DNA from: an uncultured Bacteroidales bacterium
GTDB lineage: Bacteria; Bacteroidota; Bacteroidia; Bacteroidales; VadinHA17
Length of the DNA stretch: 64,000 nt
NCBI GenBank assembly: GCA_963698535.1
Contig: CAVORD010000002.1
Coordinates: forward strand, 10,900-74,899
Direction: 5' to 3'
Shown here: one piece after another, positions 18,596-27,700 of the stretch
Layout of the letters: every line of letters starts with the position of its first letter
Numbering within the stretch: the stretch's first letter is position 1
Notes under the pieces: model-generated
What the model saw: only the letters and a program-made list of their open reading frames with translations
What the model was told of the DNA's origin: nothing
Database searches by the model: none
Translations under genes and position numbers: made by a program

Positions 18596-19549
18596 TTAAC
18601 TGAATACCAAATAAATATAGAGGCTATAGAATATCATCAGAGCCACACCTTTCCACCTCGACAATATTGACCCTTTCAGCGGAAGGGCCATCAGAAAGAG
18701 TATCAAAGCGAATCCTATCATCCAGACCATATCGAAGGATACCATTGCGGGGTTTACTGTTATTGGTTTCACAGATGCTGTAATTCCAAGTATGCCAAGG
18801 GTATTGAAAATATTGGAGCCTATAATATTACCAAGCGATATCTCACTCTCCTTTCTGTAAGCGGCTATAACCGACGTGGCCAGTTCCGGCAGGCTTGTTC
18901 CGAAGGCCACCACTGACACCGATATAACCCTTTCACTTACATTCATACTCTCGGCGATCTTCGTTGCTCCGGCAATGAGGAAATTAGCTCCAAAGACAAG
19001 TCCTACCGAGGCAACAGCAATGATAAGGATACTGACGGCAACATGATATTTTGGTTTGACGATCTCATCCTTCTCTTTCTTCGACTGCCTTGAAGAAGAT
19101 CGTAATGAGTACCATACAAAAAGAACAAGCAGGAAGGTGAATAACAAACCTTCCGGCCTGGTAATGGTATGTCCTCCAATTGAAGAAACGGCAATAAGAA
19201 GAAGGCTTACTGCCATCATGAATATCCAGTCGGAAAGCACTTTTCCGGTTTGGACCCTAAAGGGGAGGATCAGGATAGTCAAGGCCAGCACTAATCCTAT
19301 ATTAGCAATATTACTCCCCACAACATTCCCTACAGAGATGTCGGGATGGCCTCCGAAAGCGGCCTCCATACTTACCACGAGTTCGGGAACTGATGTACCG
19401 AAGGATACAACAGTTATACCAACCACCATGGTTGAGATTTTGAAGTTTCCTGAGAGGGAAACAGCACCACGTACCAGAAACTCCCCGCACAGAAGAAGCA
19501 GTATCAAACCTGCGACAAGAGACAAAACCGGGGAGAAATCAGGTAGCAT
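18596..19549 (-). CDS. Ca2+:cation (Na+/Ca2+) antiporter, CaCA/YrbG family
   Basis: Two alpha-repeats (GNVVGSNIANIGLVLA and GNIIGSNIFNTLGILG) and about 10 TM segments. Confidence 0.85.
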   Translation of the reverse strand: MLPDFSPVLSLVAGLILLLLCGEFLVRGAVSLSGNFKISTMVVGITVVSFGTSVPELVVSMEAAFGGHPDISVGNVVGSNIANIGLVLALTILILPFRVQTGKVLSDWIFMMAVSLLLIAVSSIGGHTITRPEGLLFTFLLVLFVWYSLRSSSRQSKKEKDEIVKPKYHVAVSILIIAVASVGLVFGANFLIAGATKIAESMNVSERVISVSVVAFGTSLPELATSVIAAYRKESEISLGNIIGSNIFNTLGILGITASVKPITVNPAMVSFDMVWMIGFALILFLMALPLKGSILSRWKGVALMIFYSLYIYLVFS

Positions 19550-19560
19550 ATAGGGGAGGG

Positions 19561-19815
19561 TTAATCAAGCAGATCTTTTGTCCCCTCGTTAATATCTTTT
19601 TTTACCGAGTCGGTAATATCATTAAGGTCCTTGCGGATATCAGCGGTGCTGTCTGTTATCTCCTTTTTGATCTCGTCGGTGGCTTTCTTAAATTCATTCA
19701 TACCTTTTCCAAGGCCCCTTGCCAGTTCAGGGATCTTGTCGGCACCAAAAAGAAGTAGTGCCACAACCAGAACAATAAATATTTCCTGCCCGCTTATGAA
19801 TAGTAGTTCGCCCAT
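19561..19815 (-). CDS. tatA: Twin-arginine translocase subunit TatA/TatE
   Basis: 84 aa. One TM helix, then LLLFGADKIPELARGLGKGMNEFKKA. Confidence 0.85.
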   Translation of the reverse strand: MGELLFISGQEIFIVLVVALLLFGADKIPELARGLGKGMNEFKKATDEIKKEITDSTADIRKDLNDITDSVKKDINEGTKDLLD

Positions 19816-19883
19816 TTTATTTAAGGTTACAGCCTTACAAAGTTAATAAAGTTTGAGGAAAGTGCTATTGCAAATGATTTGAA

Positions 19884-19914
19884 TAAAAAAAAAGGCCGGG
19901 ATAGTCCCGGCCTT
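19884..19914 (-). terminator. Rho-independent terminator after secDF
   Basis: A 9-bp stem, AAGGCCGGG (19892-19900) with CCCGGCCTT (19906-19914). A 10-nt A-run on the + strand gives a T-run after the hairpin on the - strand. Confidence 0.75.
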
Positions 19915-19932
19915 AATTTATTCAGATAGAAT

Positions 19933-20736
19933 TTATTTAGTTTTCACCTCTTCCTTTTCGATATCCTTACGCTTAAGTGTATCGTATACTATTGGAGCAG
20001 CAACATATATTGATGAATATGTACCCACTACAATACCGATCATAAGAGCAAAGGTAAATCCTCTGATAACCTCACCTCCCCAGATAAATATAGCCAGCAA
20101 TACAACGAATGTAGTAGCAGCTGTATTTATTGTACGGGTAAGTGTACTGTTGATAGCAAGGTTTATGATCTCCTTGCGGCTCCTTTTGCGGTAAATACCA
20201 ATGAATTCCCTTATTCTGTCGTATACAACAACCGTGTCATTAATTGAGTATCCCACAATAGTAAGGATAGCTGCAATGAATGCCTGATCTATCTCCATTG
20301 AGAACGGGAAGAACCCATAACCGATCGAGAATATACCCAGTATAAAGAGTACGTCGTGCATAAGTGAGGCGACGGCTCCAAGACCGAATTGCCAGACTCT
20401 GAACCTTAATACTATATAAAGGAAGATAATAAGTAGCGACAGTGATATCGCCCAAACTGCCTTGATCTTAATGTCATCAGCAATGGTTGGTCCTACTGTT
20501 TCGGAGCTAACTCTGAAATCAGAAAGGAAAACCTCTTTATCTACATCGCCAACAAGTGGTTTGAGGCCTTCATAGAGAAGAGTTTCAACTTCATCATCCA
20601 TTCCTGCCTCTTCGATCTTATACTTGGTTGTTATTTTAACCTGATTATCATTACCGAAAGTAACAACCTGGGGTGCACTTCCATATGATGTTGCAAGCAG
20701 AGATCGCAACCTCAGTGGTGGATACAGGCTGTTCAA
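19933..20736 (-). CDS. secDF: SecDF, C-terminal (SecF) fragment
   Basis: ...RSLLATSYGSAPQVVTFGNDNQVKITTKYKIEE... plus 5-6 TM helices typical of SecF. It overlaps the upstream fragment by 86 nt in another frame. Confidence 0.85.
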   Translation of the reverse strand: MNSLYPPLRLRSLLATSYGSAPQVVTFGNDNQVKITTKYKIEEAGMDDEVETLLYEGLKPLVGDVDKEVFLSDFRVSSETVGPTIADDIKIKAVWAISLSLLIIFLYIVLRFRVWQFGLGAVASLMHDVLFILGIFSIGYGFFPFSMEIDQAFIAAILTIVGYSINDTVVVYDRIREFIGIYRKRSRKEIINLAINSTLTRTINTAATTFVVLLAIFIWGGEVIRGFTFALMIGIVVGTYSSIYVAAPIVYDTLKRKDIEKEEVKTK

Positions 20737-22918
20737 ATCTTACAACATATGTACGACCACCGGTAAAGTCGATACCCTGGCTTAAGCCCCTGGTAAAGAG
20801 GGAACCGATACCTATTACGATAATAATCCCAGAGAGGACATAGAAGATCTTTCTTTTACCGATGAAGTCGAAATGACTATGCTGCAGGAAGTTCCTTGTT
20901 AAACCTGTATCGAAAGTAAGTGTGTAGTTTTTCTTAAGATACCACTCATAAATAAGGCGTGTTATGAAAATGGCACTGAACAGTGATGTAAGAATACCGA
21001 TTACCAGTGTTGTTGCAAAACCTTTGATAGGGCCTGTTCCGAATACATAAAGGACGATACCAGTAAGAAGAGTGGTAACGTTACCGTCGATGATAGCAGA
21101 ATAAGCGTTCTTATAACCATCGGCTACAGCAAGCTTAATTCCTTTTCCAGCCTTCAATTCCTCCCTGATACGCTCATAGATAAGTACGTTGGCATCGACC
21201 GACATACCTATCGTAAGAACAATACCGGCAATACCGGGAAGAGTAAGTACTGCTCCCAGGGAAGCCAGCACACCTAATATAAAGAACATGTTGGCAAGCA
21301 AGGCAAAGTCGGCCACGAGACCTGCTCTGCGGCTGTAGTACAATACCATATAAACCAACACAAGAGAAAAGGCAATAAGGAATGAGTTAAGACCGGACGA
21401 GATAGCCTCTTTACCAAGTGAAGGGCCCACTACTGTATCCTGAACAATACGGGCAGGAGCAGGCAGTTTACCTGATTTCAGGATATTAGAAAGGTCTTCA
21501 GCCTCTTCCAGGGTAAAATCGCCGCTGATCTCAGAGCTTCCACCTTTAATCTCGCCTGAAACACGGGGTGAGCTCCTGACATATCCGTCGAGGACAACTG
21601 CAAGGCATCTTCCGGTATTCTCACGGGTCATACGTGCCCATATTTTTGCACCCTCAGCGTTCATTGACATATCGACGTTTATCTCAGAGCCAGTTACTCC
21701 TGTGCCGGGGCGGGCGCTGGTTATAACGTCGCCATCGAGAGGGGCTCTGCCGTCGCGTGTGGTAACCTTTATGGCATGAAGCTCATAAAGCGTTCTCGTA
21801 TCATCATACTTGAAAGGACCGTGACTCCACATGAATCTGACATCACGTGGGAAAAGAGCCCTTACCTGATTCATTTTAAGATATCGGTTAACAGACGCAG
21901 TATCTTTCCAGTTGGCAAATCCAATAATACTTCCGCCAACAGGCTGGCCCTCAGCGCTAACGTTAGGACGAAGCAGACCGAAGAGAGGATTTTGCTTTGT
22001 GAAATCTGCAAGACTTGCGGGCTCCTCTGTTGCCGTGGTATCGGCTTCAATCATATCAAGAAGAGTTGAACCGGCAGTAGTATCTTTTGTTGCTACGTTA
22101 GCCTCTGTCGGCTCTCCTGTATTAATATCAGTTGTAGCTGTATAGTTAATCTCGCGGAGCAGGTCGTTAGCCTGTGAAAGTGATCCTATTATCTCACCAT
22201 TTTCGTAGGTCTCCCAGAACTCAAGGCTTGCGGTTCCCTGAAGGAGGTCTCTTACCCTTTGAGGATCTTTCACACCCGGTAGTTCCACTAATATTCTTCC
22301 TCTTGATTCAAGCTGAGATATATTAGGCTGAGTAACTCCGAATCTGTCGATCCTGCTTCTAAGAATATTAAAGGCATTATCGATAGCACTGCCTGTTTGA
22401 GTCTCCAGAACCTTCAGAACATCGGCATTTGATGTATTGAAGTTTATCTGATCTTTCAGTTCAATGGTACCGAAAATTGAAGCCAGTTTAGCATTAGGAG
22501 CAAGCTCTTCAAACGCTTTACCAAAAAGCTCAATAAAGTCGGCCTGGCTCTCCTTCTGTCTTTCCTTAGCCAGGGCAATAGCCTCGTTGAATGTTTTATC
22601 AGGATTATAATTGGAAAGGGCCCTGACGATATCCTCAACTGAAACCTCGAGAATAACGTTCATACCACCTTTAAGGTCAAGCCCAAGGTTAATCTCTTTT
22701 GTCTGGCACTCACGGAAAGTAAAACCAAGATAATTCCACTCCTCTTTTGAAAGGGAAGCGATGGAATCGAGATAGGCTGCTTCCTTCTTAAGGTTGCCCT
22801 GTGAGAATTCCTTGGCATCTTTTTTCACAAGGTAAGTAGCCCCTGTGAATGAGAGCTGGTAAACCGACACAAGTGCTAGTGTTACAGCCAGAAATAAAAT
22901 CGCGCCTTTGTTCTGCAT
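20651..22918 (-). CDS. secDF: SecDF, N-terminal fragment (SecD, the first SecF TM helix, and the start of the P4 domain)
   Basis: SecD periplasmic domain and TM bundle (GLDLKGGMNV, GIAGIVLTIGMSVDANVLIYERIREE), then SecF-type FDFIGKRKIFY...GIDFTGGRTYVVRFEQPVSTTEV. Confidence 0.9.
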   Translation of the reverse strand: MQNKGAILFLAVTLALVSVYQLSFTGATYLVKKDAKEFSQGNLKKEAAYLDSIASLSKEEWNYLGFTFRECQTKEINLGLDLKGGMNVILEVSVEDIVRALSNYNPDKTFNEAIALAKERQKESQADFIELFGKAFEELAPNAKLASIFGTIELKDQINFNTSNADVLKVLETQTGSAIDNAFNILRSRIDRFGVTQPNISQLESRGRILVELPGVKDPQRVRDLLQGTASLEFWETYENGEIIGSLSQANDLLREINYTATTDINTGEPTEANVATKDTTAGSTLLDMIEADTTATEEPASLADFTKQNPLFGLLRPNVSAEGQPVGGSIIGFANWKDTASVNRYLKMNQVRALFPRDVRFMWSHGPFKYDDTRTLYELHAIKVTTRDGRAPLDGDVITSARPGTGVTGSEINVDMSMNAEGAKIWARMTRENTGRCLAVVLDGYVRSSPRVSGEIKGGSSEISGDFTLEEAEDLSNILKSGKLPAPARIVQDTVVGPSLGKEAISSGLNSFLIAFSLVLVYMVLYYSRRAGLVADFALLANMFFILGVLASLGAVLTLPGIAGIVLTIGMSVDANVLIYERIREELKAGKGIKLAVADGYKNAYSAIIDGNVTTLLTGIVLYVFGTGPIKGFATTLVIGILTSLFSAIFITRLIYEWYLKKNYTLTFDTGLTRNFLQHSHFDFIGKRKIFYVLSGIIIVIGIGSLFTRGLSQGIDFTGGRTYVVRFEQPVSTTEVAISACNIIWKCTPGCYFR

Positions 22919-23063
22919 CTGTCTATTCTTTTGATATTGTTAACAACGTTTTATCACGCTCTTTACGTGAGCCGCAAAGATATTAAAATTTTTATTTAAA
23001 AAGAGAGGAAGAACCTCATTATGAGAGGCTGATTTATTACTGTCAATCTTAGCCTTATGCAAC

Positions 23064-23088
23064 AAAAAAGCCGGCGAGGAGCCGGCTT
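23064..23088 (-). terminator. Rho-independent terminator after the efflux operon
   Basis: Stem AAGCCGGC (23068-23075) with GCCGGCTT (23081-23088). An A-run at 23064-23069 gives a T-run on the - strand. Confidence 0.65.
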
Positions 23089-23108
23089 TGTATACTGTTG
23101 TTTATTAA

Positions 23109-24599
23109 CTACTTGATCAGCTTCTCGTAATCTGATTCGAGAGGTTTGTCATTGATAAAGTCATATAATGTTATACTTCTTATATTAAAGAAATATGTCC
23201 AATAATCCTGTAATGATTGAATATATGCTCTTTTGTTCTGGTCTTTTTTAGTGTCGGCGTTATTCAATTCCAATACATCGATCCTGCCAATGAGGAATCT
23301 CTGTTTGGTAACTTCATACATTTTCTGAGCTACAGTGTCGGCTTTAGCTGCAATACGAACATTGTCGTCCTGCTGATTGAACTGCGCCACATCGAGAAGT
23401 AGGTTCTGTTCAAAGTCGATCATTGCCTGTTGTACCTGAACCTCAGCAAGCTCCTGTCCCGACTGTGCCATTTTATATCTGCCCCGTCCTAACCCCCAAT
23501 CGAGTATTGGCATTGTGAATCCTATTCTCACCCTCTGCTGGTCGCTAGGGTCGCGGTATGAATCGGGGAGTAAAGGTGCCTGCTGCCTTAATCCGTACGA
23601 GGCTGTCAGGTTGGCGTTAAATCCTTTTTCACTTTTTGCCCGGGCTACCTCACTTCGTGCCTCCATTATCTGTCGCTGGAGTGTTATCATCTGAGGGCTG
23701 TTCTCCTGAGCAAGAGTAAGAACCTTATTGACCTCCACCTCCATTCCTGGAATTTCGTTTGGTATTAACAGCTCAAGTCTGACATTCTCGTTGTAACCAA
23801 GGAATGACCTTAATTTTAGTTCCCTGTCGCGAAGGTTTATGGAAGCGTTGTTTTTAGAAGTACCGGCATTAAGGAAGGTCAGCTCCATCTGAAGCAGCTC
23901 ATCCTCGGCGATGGTGCCCAGGTTATATCTCCCCTGTGCTATCCTGTAGAGAGTATCGGCATTACTGTAGTTCATGTCGGCGATCTCCATATTTATCTGG
24001 GCCAGAGCAAGGTTAAAAAAGTACTGAACAGCCATTAAGTGCACATTCTCAACAGCTTCCAGATAGGTTTTACGCGCCTCTTCGTACTTCAGGGGCTCTA
24101 TCCTTTTCTGCCACTTCAGGTTATTATATCTGAAGAGAGGCTGTGAGAAACCAATGCTTACCGGAGCAGTCACATATTGGGTAGACCCGTTTGTACCCAG
24201 AACATCGAACCTGGTAAGATCGGACTGGACATAGAAGCTACCTCCTGTTAAACCAACGTTCTGCGACAATGCCATACTAAGCGCTGCGTTATTTGTATTC
24301 TTCTCCACATACGACTCCTGACCTGTCTGATAATCATATTCCTTTTCATAAATACGATTATAGTCGGGTAGTGTGCCTGAAAGCGTAAGTGCCGGACGGT
24401 ATTCAGCAATAAAAGTCCTGTATTGCCAGTAACTTGAACGAAACCTGTGTTTGGCAATAAGAGCATTTGGTGATTGTTCAGCAGCCAGCTTCAAAACCTG
24501 ATCAAAAGAGAGTTTCTGCGTATCCTGCGATTTGAGTTCTCCTCCTGCAAATGCTGCAAGAAGTAGAATAACAGCTATATAATGTAATTTATTCTTCAT
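23109..24599 (-). CDS. TolC-family outer-membrane efflux protein
   Basis: Signal peptide MKNKLHYIAVILLLAAFAGG, followed by a two-fold repeated coiled-coil/beta pattern typical of OEP/TolC. It is the last gene of the HlyD-permease-TolC operon. The start was moved to the ATG at 24599, 4 nt after the upstream stop. Confidence 0.75.
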   Translation of the reverse strand: MKNKLHYIAVILLLAAFAGGELKSQDTQKLSFDQVLKLAAEQSPNALIAKHRFRSSYWQYRTFIAEYRPALTLSGTLPDYNRIYEKEYDYQTGQESYVEKNTNNAALSMALSQNVGLTGGSFYVQSDLTRFDVLGTNGSTQYVTAPVSIGFSQPLFRYNNLKWQKRIEPLKYEEARKTYLEAVENVHLMAVQYFFNLALAQINMEIADMNYSNADTLYRIAQGRYNLGTIAEDELLQMELTFLNAGTSKNNASINLRDRELKLRSFLGYNENVRLELLIPNEIPGMEVEVNKVLTLAQENSPQMITLQRQIMEARSEVARAKSEKGFNANLTASYGLRQQAPLLPDSYRDPSDQQRVRIGFTMPILDWGLGRGRYKMAQSGQELAEVQVQQAMIDFEQNLLLDVAQFNQQDDNVRIAAKADTVAQKMYEVTKQRFLIGRIDVLELNNADTKKDQNKRAYIQSLQDYWTYFFNIRSITLYDFINDKPLESDYEKLIK

Positions 24600-24603
24600 T
24601 ATT

Positions 24604-25971
24604 TTATTCATATCGAAGTGATTCAATAGGGTCTCTTTCTGAAGCTCTTTTTGCCGGTGAATATCCAAACACCACCCCTACGGCTGCTGACACGCCGAAA
24701 GCTACAATTACGGAAAAGGGTGTTACGATAGTAAGAATTCCTGCAAGCTCGGTTATTAACTTGGCAATTATCACACCAAGGAATACACCAATAAATCCAC
24801 CAGACACACTTATAAGGATTGCCTCAGCGAGAAACTGAACGACTATATCCATCTTTTTGGCGCCTATAGCCATTCGTGTTCCAATCTCCTTTATCCTTTC
24901 CATAACAGATGCAAACATTATATTCATAATGCCTATCCCTCCCACTACCAGCGATATACTGGCAATAGCACCAAGAACAATATTAAAGATATCCTTGGTT
25001 CTTTGCTGTTGTTTCAGGAGTAATTCAGGTACGGTAATTTCGAAATCCTTAACTCCCAGATGACGCCGAATCATCATACGGCTTAGAACTTCAGTTGTGG
25101 CATCCAGTTGTTCTGTCTCCCGGACCTGCACAACTATCTTATCGAGCTGGTTATAGTTTGTTTCACCTGAACTGGTTGCATCTGAGCTTGACATAACAAC
25201 GTGTCCCATTCTTCCTCCTCCTCCGAACATTTGCATGGAAGTAGCCTGAGTTGCAAGCTTGGTGTTCACCAGAGCTCTGTTTTGGTACCTCATTATCATT
25301 GTCTTTACAGGGATGTAGATATTATCATTATAAACATTTACACCTGTATCTTCAAAACCGGTCAGTTTCATGGTTGTCTTATCGAGCACCCCTATAACCT
25401 TAAGCCATATTCCATCGAACTTAATATACTGACCGATAGGGTCGATCTGACTAAAGAACTTGGCCCGGATGTTAGCTCCAATAATACAAACCTGTATCCC
25501 ATGCTCTTCCTGATAATCTTCGAAGAAGTTACCATAGGAGAGAGGCAGATTATACAATCCGAAATAGTCATTTGACACACCAACAAGTTTGGCTGAGTAT
25601 TTCATACCATTCAGCATTACTGTGGAGTTGAAGCTTATTTCAGGACTGATCCGCTTTACTGAAGGGATAGTTGTTCTGATAGCTTCCATATCGAGCATGC
25701 TTAACCCACGGCTAAATTTATTCTGCTGCCTGTTACCCTCCTCCTCAGACTGTTCTTTATCCTGAATAATCGGTGAGATGAGAATATTGTTCACCCCCAC
25801 CATTTTTATCTGTTCCAGAATTTCCTGCTGAGCACCTTTACCAATTGCGAGCATACTTATCACCGCTGCTACACCAAAGATGATACCCAGAGCAGTAAGG
25901 ACCGATTTTAGCTTATTTGCTGTTATCGATTCGACAGCTATTACAATATCATGAAAATATCTTTTAAACAT
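24604..25971 (-). CDS. ABC transporter permease, MacB-like periplasmic core + FtsX domain (no ATPase domain)
   Basis: An N-terminal TM helix, a large periplasmic domain, and a C-terminal FtsX-type 3-TM bundle (...GGIGIMNIM..SV.ERIKEIGTRMAIGAKK.DI..QFL.EA). Confidence 0.8.
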   Translation of the reverse strand: MFKRYFHDIVIAVESITANKLKSVLTALGIIFGVAAVISMLAIGKGAQQEILEQIKMVGVNNILISPIIQDKEQSEEEGNRQQNKFSRGLSMLDMEAIRTTIPSVKRISPEISFNSTVMLNGMKYSAKLVGVSNDYFGLYNLPLSYGNFFEDYQEEHGIQVCIIGANIRAKFFSQIDPIGQYIKFDGIWLKVIGVLDKTTMKLTGFEDTGVNVYNDNIYIPVKTMIMRYQNRALVNTKLATQATSMQMFGGGGRMGHVVMSSSDATSSGETNYNQLDKIVVQVRETEQLDATTEVLSRMMIRRHLGVKDFEITVPELLLKQQQRTKDIFNIVLGAIASISLVVGGIGIMNIMFASVMERIKEIGTRMAIGAKKMDIVVQFLAEAILISVSGGFIGVFLGVIIAKLITELAGILTIVTPFSVIVAFGVSAAVGVVFGYSPAKRASERDPIESLRYE

Positions 25972-26010
25972 AACATTTTGTTAATGTGTTTATTAACTGA
26001 CAGAATGCTG

Positions 26011-27543
26011 TCACTCAGGAGAGCCACCCTCTTTCTTAACGGTAGCTGCACCTGCGGGGTTATTGGCCCCCTGGTTGGTAGTTGTACCTGCTGGTCTCTG
26101 GCCCTGCTGACCTGAGCCCGGTGTGCGCTGTCCACCCTGTCCGGAGCCGCCCATCTGGCGCATTTTTTCGATCTGCTCAGGAGTAAGGTTCATATTCTGC
26201 ATTCCCTGCCTGTCTGTTCTTCCGACTGATCCTTCCTGCCTTCTTTTCTCCTCGTCTGATTTCTTCTTGGCAATCTTTTCCCTGATCACATCAATGAGTT
26301 CTTCACCAACAAGCTTATATCCTTCGGCATCAATGGGTGTATTCAGATAGAGTCTCTCTCCCGATTCCAGTCCCTGCTCAACAATAACTTCATTCTCATT
26401 AGATTCGCCCAATACAACTACTTGCCTTGTACCATCCTTTTTATAGACAAATGGTATGCTGTCGATGCCGGCATGAACTGATTCAAGAGGGATAAAGAGT
26501 ACATCCTTGAAAATTCCTGTTACCACCTTATTTGAGGTTGTCATAGAAGGTCTCATAATAGGATCGCTTTCATTAACACGGACAACTACTTCAAACACCT
26601 TTGCATCGGTGTTGGGAAGCTGCTCCCCGATATTGGCTACGCTCATTACTGCTCCTGTATATTTCTTCTCAGGGAATGCATCAATGCCCAGTCGTACCGG
26701 CTGTCCTATCTTGATCTTACTGATATCAATCTCATTTACATATGTTTTTGAGATCATGGAAGAGAGGTCAGGCAGCGTTGCAACGACCGGATCCCATGGG
26801 CTAATTGTTGATCCAACCTTTCTTTTTGCTCCGCCCCATTCCCTTTTATATATTACCATCCCCGGTGCCGGAGCCAGGATAACAAACTGGTCGAGAACGG
26901 CCTGCATCTCACTCACCTTTCTTTGCTGCTTATCTCTTGCCAGCTGGGCCTCCTTCACATCGGCCTTAGCCTGCTGTACCTTGAGTCCATAATTGCTTTT
27001 TGCCTGATCAAGCGCACGTGAGGTTTTATCGAGCTGTATCCTTGCCTGCCTTATTGTAGTAGGTGGTTCATATTTCGACTGCTCGAGTGTAACCTCTGCC
27101 TCCTCCATATTATATTCAAGGTTGACAAGATCATCTCTGAGGTTACCCAGATTGATGGTAGTGTCAAGTTTCTTCATGTTATAATCAGTCTCGAAACTCT
27201 CAAGCCTGTCAAGTTCATCCTTGAAGTTATTATCTGCCTCCGACCTGTCAAGTCGTGCTACATAATCGCCTTGCTTAACGACTGTCCCTTCAGCAACCAG
27301 GTCCTGGATTCTTATACCACCAAAACGAAGGTTTCTGCTCTGCAGTCCATCCGGTGCCTTTATATCGAGGGAGTTTTCAGCCTGAAGTTCTCCCGTGGTG
27401 GTCACCACAATTTCAAAATCTCCCTGTTTGACGTCAACATAAAGAATTGTCTTGTCTTCTTTACCGGAAGATCTGCTTATTACCATTAACACTATAAGGG
27501 CCACTACGGCCGCAACAGCGGTTATTAATACTGTTTTTTTCAT
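26011..27543 (-). CDS. Efflux periplasmic adaptor (HlyD/MacA membrane-fusion family) with a G/Q-rich C-terminal tail
   Basis: TM anchor, lipoyl-like/coiled-coil/beta-barrel order (GDYVARLD..., long coiled coil, GMVIY...). The tail reads ...GGSGQGGQRTPGSGQQGQRPAGTTTNQGANNPAG. Confidence 0.8.
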   Translation of the reverse strand: MKKTVLITAVAAVVALIVLMVISRSSGKEDKTILYVDVKQGDFEIVVTTTGELQAENSLDIKAPDGLQSRNLRFGGIRIQDLVAEGTVVKQGDYVARLDRSEADNNFKDELDRLESFETDYNMKKLDTTINLGNLRDDLVNLEYNMEEAEVTLEQSKYEPPTTIRQARIQLDKTSRALDQAKSNYGLKVQQAKADVKEAQLARDKQQRKVSEMQAVLDQFVILAPAPGMVIYKREWGGAKRKVGSTISPWDPVVATLPDLSSMISKTYVNEIDISKIKIGQPVRLGIDAFPEKKYTGAVMSVANIGEQLPNTDAKVFEVVVRVNESDPIMRPSMTTSNKVVTGIFKDVLFIPLESVHAGIDSIPFVYKKDGTRQVVVLGESNENEVIVEQGLESGERLYLNTPIDAEGYKLVGEELIDVIREKIAKKKSDEEKRRQEGSVGRTDRQGMQNMNLTPEQIEKMRQMGGSGQGGQRTPGSGQQGQRPAGTTTNQGANNPAGAATVKKEGGSPE

Positions 27544-27700
27544 TATCGAATGTTTACAAACTGATTATATTGCTGCGAAATTATTGAAATCATTTCTATT
27601 TAAGGAGTAATTAACAATCCTTAACTCAGTACTCCCTCTTTTCACTTTTAGACAACTATAAGTCCAAATTGATTCCCTTTGTTTTGAAATCTGTCTTATT

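Noticed and set aside
20651-20736. Programmed ribosomal frameshifting as an explanation for the split genes (SecDF, kinase, transporter).
   Set aside because: There is no slippery heptamer or downstream structure at the junctions I inspected, the break sites share no motif, and none of these families is known to use recoding.
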